This document shows, piece after piece, positions 58,531-64,000 of a stretch of 64,000 nt of DNA (position 1 is the stretch's first letter; each line of letters begins with the position of its first letter). The DNA lies in NCBI GenBank assembly GCA_024137785.1, contig JAHRHZ010000155.1:832537-896536 (forward strand). Reading direction: 5' to 3'. This stretch comes from Ginglymostoma cirratum. Taxonomy: Eukaryota. The position numbers and the translations under genes were made by a program. A model generated the notes under the pieces. The model did not search any database. It was not told the origin of the DNA and saw nothing but the letters and a program-made list of their open reading frames with translations.

Positions 58531-60709
58531 GGATAACAGTTAAGTCATGACAATTGTGTTACGAATATAAAACAAATTTATTTGCTTTTCCAAAAAGCTT
58601 TTCAGCATGTTCATGGACACATGCCAACTGAATGCTATAATCTAATGAGGGGCCAGCAATTTTTGTTTTACAGAAGACAAAGGGTGATATCCAGCAGTCT
58701 TAAGACACGAATAAAATACAACATACCATCGTTTTAGACAAATAGAAATAAAGTTTACTTTGCAGCATTTGAGAAATAGTACAATGGACAATACCTGTAT
58801 AACATGAATTCTAACTGTATATCAAAAAGGTATGATAATCAAGTCATAAATGTGATCATGACGCACACGTTTCTGAATTTATGCTCACAGACTGTATGTT
58901 GGATAAAAGTACATCTGATTTATCTTAAAAGAGTTTGCAATTCTTCACTTTTGCCAACCTTACCTTGAAATGTTCTACAGAGACATTGCATCATGCTGTA
59001 CCTCAATGAATGTTTCCATTTGAATCGAGTACCCTAACTTTCTGGGTCTTCCTTCAGAGTTAATCTATAAATGATACTGCTGCTTCACAAGTACAAATCA
59101 GCTATTTTTCTCTTTGACAGAGGGCTGCATCAAAATCCTGCCCACCGAGGATTTTCCCTGAGCTCTTTTCTTGCTCAGTTGCATCAAGAAAATGATGCTT
59201 ATGCTTTCTCACCCACTCTGTCTTGCACTGAGCTATGAGTAGCACAGATGCCCTCTGATCTCCTAGAGCTTGATTAATTTGTCAGGAACCCCATTAACAT
59301 CATTCAGCTGCCAGACAACTCCTCAAACTTCTTGCCTGAGTTCTAACAACTGTGATACCCAGCTGCCTTTGGGCCTTCTTACTGTGTTCCATACACCGGC
59401 ATTCAATAGTTCATTTGTCATCCTGGGCATACAACTAAATACAACTCATTGTGATGGACTCAATAACTTCCAGCCTCACTGCCTTCCATCTCTAAACTCC
59501 CTTTCCAAGACCTGTCCTGAACAGACCAGACAAAAACTTGCAATTAGACCAGCTCCCATTTCTGGGCAAAATGACACATAACTGATGTTTTGGGACAGCC
59601 CAAAGCAACAATCACTTGGGACTGACTCTACCCTGAATGCTATATTCCTACAGAATGCTGACCTCCACAGCTCATAGCATGAATGCTAAAAATAAATATC
59701 AGCACAACATGGTTATCCAACTTCAAATTTATTACTTTAATATTTTAACATCTGATTTCTGGTGTCATGACTTCCTCATGCAACCACTTTGACATTTCAA
59801 TGGCTACTTCATCATCTTTTTTTCATTGCTAACATGTGATCATCAATGAAAGGAACAACATTGCTTGTCCATTCAGAGTTGCTCATGAGATAATATTAGT
59901 GAACAAGCTTCTTTAACCAGTGCAGTCTGTGTAAGGTGGATACTATTTTCAATATCTGGACGAACAACACCCACTTTCCCTCCATTCCCCTCAAATTTCC
60001 CATTGTTCTATTTCCCCTGTGCCCTATCACACTGTTTATATATTAGTGTGTATGTGCTTGTTTATGCACATGCACATTACAGAATTTGGATATCTGTTTA
60101 ACACTTTATTTTTTTAAGCTCAAATAAAGTCAGTGCTGTCATTCAGATAAACTCAAGGAGATCTGTGTGGCATGTGCTTCAAGACTTTAATGCCTATTGA
60201 AGTGCAAATGGAATTGGCCTTTAAATGCCTTTAACAAAAAATGCAAACTCTTCTTTGTGGTCAGAGAAATTTTCTCATTCCTGCAGATTTGGGAGTAACA
60301 GTATTCCCCATTACAAGTGCTCCTATGTTTCAAGAGGTATCTAGCAGAATAGGTAAAGGTGAAACACTGGATGGAATATATTTAGATTTTCAGAAGGCAC
60401 GTAGCAAAATATCACATATTCAGCTACTTTAAAAGATGAGTCCATGTGTTGGAGGTTGTACATGAACATGGATAGAGGTTTAGCCAAGATATAGAAGACA
60501 AAAGTATGGAATAATGGGTGCATTTTCAGGATGACAACCTACAACGACTGGTATTTGACAAGGGTCCATGCTGAAGACAATTTTTGATAGCATATATTAA
60601 TGACATGGATGAGGAAAGTGAAAATATATGAACAGAGACGTTTTCTCTTTCAACAAAGCAGTTTTCTCACTCCTGCAGATTTCGTTGTACCAATATTCCC
60701 CCATGACAA

Positions 60710-61720
60710 ATTCTATTTCTTTACAGAACCTCTGGTTGATTTCAATCATCTGGTTTCTCACTTAGGATCATTAACCAATATTTCCACCACCTCCAGTGAG
60801 ATGTCACCACCAAACACATATTCCTGTCCCCTCCATTGTCAACCTTCTGCAGGGACTGTTCCCTCTGGGACACCCTGGTCCACTCTTCTTTCACTCCCAA
60901 CACCTTGCCTCAGCCTCACAACACATTCCCCTGCAACTGCTGAAGTTTTAACACCTATTCGTTTACTTCCTCCCTCAGTATCCAAGGGTCCAAACTCACC
61001 TTCCAGTTGAAGCAGCACTTTACCCTGTATTTCACATAATCTAGTCTACTGCATTCGCTGCTCACAATGTCTTCTTTACATTGGGGAAACAAAGCATAGA
61101 CTGGGTGACTGCTTTGCAGAACATTTGTATTCTGTTTGTAAAAAAAAGGATCCTGAACTTCCAGTTGCTTGCCACTTCAACATAACACCCTGTTCCCTGG
61201 CCAACACCTCTGTCTCGGGCTTGCCCAGTGTTCCAGCGAAGCTCAGCACAAGCTGGAAGAACAGCACCGCATTTTCCACCTGAGGACCCTGCAACCTTCT
61301 GGACTCAATATTGATTGCATAAAGTTAGGGCTTGAGCTCTTCCATGTCCTTACCCCAACCCCAACAACCAGGCCTTGTTATCACATAGTCTGCCATTACA
61401 CACTACCCGTTGTGAACCACTAACAGTCCCCATTAACAGCTATTCACCCTCCTAGCCAGATTATTATCTACTCCTTTGTCTGTCTAACTGTTCTTCTCTC
61501 ACTTTGGGCTCTATCCCCACCTATTGTTTATTCCGTAGCCCCTTCCACCATCCTATCTTCTGCATATAAACTTACATTTTCCTAGCTACCATTGGTTCTG
61601 AGGAAGGGTCACTGAACCCGAAATGTTAACCCTGATTTCTCTCCACAGATGCTGCCAGACCTGCTCAGCTTTTCCAGTAATTTCTATTTTTGTCTCTTGT
61701 TCTCACTTACTTGCAGTATT
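60710..61720 (+). mobile_element. Penelope-like retroelement remnant (GIY-YIG plus 3' terminus)
   Basis: NLVYCIRCSQC..YIGETKHRLGDCFAEHL; QHKLEEQHRIFHLRTLQPSGLN; hammerhead-like core at 61594-61631. Confidence 0.85.
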
Positions 61721-61739
61721 TCTCATTACGTCCTTGTTA

Positions 61740-62740
61740 TATTTTTGCCGAGTTTACTGACATAGTACAAAGTAGCATTTTCTATCAATGTGTTCCCACT
61801 GTACACCTCTCAAGGTCTTCAACTTCTTGGACTACCCAAGTGAAACTGTGTAGCAGGCTTGAGAGAAATGGGGGAGCTGTTTTGCTCTGAAACACTGATG
61901 AATTCATTCGTCCAACACGGGGATGATGATAGAAAATTGTGTGCATCTTTTGCAATAAAATACATGGACTCCAAGAGGGGTTGGTCACAGATAACAGGCC
62001 ATCATTTCTCAGCAGGGAATTTGAGTATTTCCGAAAGTTGAGTGGTATTCAACATATAAGGACAGCTCTATACCATGCATCATCCAATGGTCTGGCAGAA
62101 ACAGCAGTCCAAATTTTGAAGGCAGATTTAAAGAAACAACTTACAGTTTCACAAAACACCAAACTGGCCTACTTCCTATTTGTTTATAGGATCACCCCCC
62201 CAACCCCACACCCCAACCCAAGCAACTACAGGGATAGCTCCAGCAGAGTTGTTAATGGGGAGAAGACTCCGCACCAGGTTAAATATGATCTTCCTGGACC
62301 TGGGGTGGGGACAGGGTGAAACGGCTTCAGAAACACCAATGCCAGACATAAGACTCCATTAAGTGAGAGAGATAGTTTACTTCAGGGGATGCAGCTTGGT
62401 GTAGGAACCACAGGAATGGCCCTGCATAAGAGACATGATCAGTGTGAGGACAAGCCCATGATATTTAAAGTTCAGGTGGGTGTGATGGCTCTGAAAAAGC
62501 ATGTGGACCATATGAAAGCTGCAAACGCACAAATGGGCGCGGTAGCAAAGTGTGCCGAGCTCCTCAACGACCTTTGTGACTGTTCCAGAACCCATGGGTT
62601 CTCGTCCTTCACTAAACATTGAAGATACCTCAGAATCAGAGATGAACATAGCAGATGTCACTGCCTCAATGCCTTTGCCACCTGAAAAAAAAATGGATTT
62701 CTTCCAAGCCACTCCTGGTACAGGAAGTGAGCTACAGTGC
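61740..62740 (+). mobile_element. Gypsy-like integrase remnant
   Basis: LVTDNRPSFLSREF..GIQHIRTALYHASSNGLAE..VQILK; TTGIAPAELLMGRRLRTRL. Confidence 0.88.
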
Positions 62741-62775
62741 CCTATTTATCTGACTATACCCTGCAGCAGTTGATT

Positions 62776-63040
62776 GGCAGCACAATGGCTCAGTATTTAA
62801 CACTGCTGCCTCACTGCACCAGGGACCTGGCTTCGGTTCCACCTTCAGGGGACTGTCTGTATGGAGTTTGCACATTCTCCGCATGTCCGTGTGGGTTTCT
62901 GCCAGGTGCTCTGGTTTCCTACCACAGTCCAAAGATATGCCTAGTAGAGTAGGGGAATGGGTCTGGGTGGGATGCTCTTTGGAGGGATGGTGTGGACTTG
63001 TTGGGCCAAATGGTCTGTTTTCACACTGTGGAGGTTCTCT
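62776..63040 (+). mobile_element. Degenerate HE1-type SINE
   Basis: GGCAGCACAATGGCTCAGT..GGAGTTTGCACATTCTCC..CCACAGTCCAAAGAT. Confidence 0.85.
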
Positions 63041-64000
63041 CTTGTTGCCATACCACCATGTTTGGCATTATCAGCAAATTTTGTAAGGCATTATTTCTAA
63101 TTTTATTTGAGGATTTAAAATCTGATTGAAGACTTTAACAGGAAAAGACAGGGTAGGTAAAGATAGTCTATTTCCGCTGCTTTGAGATTCTCCAATTAGG
63201 GCCAGAATTAGGGCCAGAACATTCAGGAGAGATGTTAGAAAGCACTTCTAGACACAATGTGTGGGAGACGTGTGGAACTCTCTACCACAAATGGCAGTTG
63301 ATGCAGGATCAGTTGTTCATTTTACATCTGAGAGAGATACCTAAAGCAAAGGTATCAAGGGACTGAGGTCAAATGCCATAGGGATGTGGAGTTAGGCAAC
63401 AGATCAGCCATGATCTCATTGGATACCAAAATGGAATTGAGGGGCTGAATGGCTTACTCCTACTCCTGCGTTTAACACGTGGACAAAGAAAGAAACATGT
63501 CTGGTGTTAGTGAAGAGAAAAATGTCATTGGAACTCATCCATTCTCCATACCTTCGTATCACCCACATTAATCCTGCACATGGTCCCTAACGTCACAGGG
63601 TTGGAGAATCAAAGCTCATATGTTAACAGGGGAAAACTGAAGCAACAGAGTGAAATGCATCTGCTTATGTCCTCAGATTCAGAGTAAACTACAGAGAAAC
63701 CAGTAACATTCACAATGTAATGCACAGAAATGAACATTGTAAATACATTGATGTAAAACTGTGAGTGAAACCATTCCTGTAAGAGCACAACATTTGAGTT
63801 TGTTCCCAAGAGATGCTTAATTAGGAAAATATCCTCGACATTGTAGTGTTCACTTTGTAGTCAGCAAATTACGACATTAACTCAAAGTTATTTGTTCAAG
63901 TGAATGTAATTTATAACAAAGCTCCGAGGTATATCCGTATCAGTGAAGAGCTATGCTCTGTATAAGTCAGGACCCATTATAAACAATTGAAATAGAGTTT

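Overview
Repeat-rich vertebrate genomic DNA, very likely from a shark or other cartilaginous fish (HE1-type SINEs, abundant CR1 LINEs, Penelope-like elements). It holds two convergent, tail-to-tail Siglec/CD22/MAG-like Ig-superfamily receptor genes, which I spliced by hand from GT-AG sites with consistent phases. Gene A (+, 3' part only, 3023-13380) has one C2 Ig exon, a TM exon and three cytoplasmic exons; its tail carries three YxN motifs and no strict ITIM. Gene B (-, complete, 56135-25522, 12 coding exons, 915 aa) has a signal peptide, a Siglec-type V-set domain, 7 C2-set domains, a TM and a tail with an ITIM (LTYSQV) and an ITSM-like motif (TEYAQI). Gene B's V domain keeps the Siglec cysteines but has Tyr instead of the sialic-acid-binding Arg, plus a Trp/Tyr-rich loop. 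Its stalk grew by tandem exon duplication, leaving pseudo-exons. Between the genes lie an orphan CpG-island promoter and a CTCF-like site. Introns and intergenic DNA carry many Penelope-derived fold-back mini-elements with long target-site duplications (TSDs) and minimal hammerhead-ribozyme cores, plus a dispersed 33-bp minisatellite. Most ORFs in the supplied track are spurious or transposon-derived.
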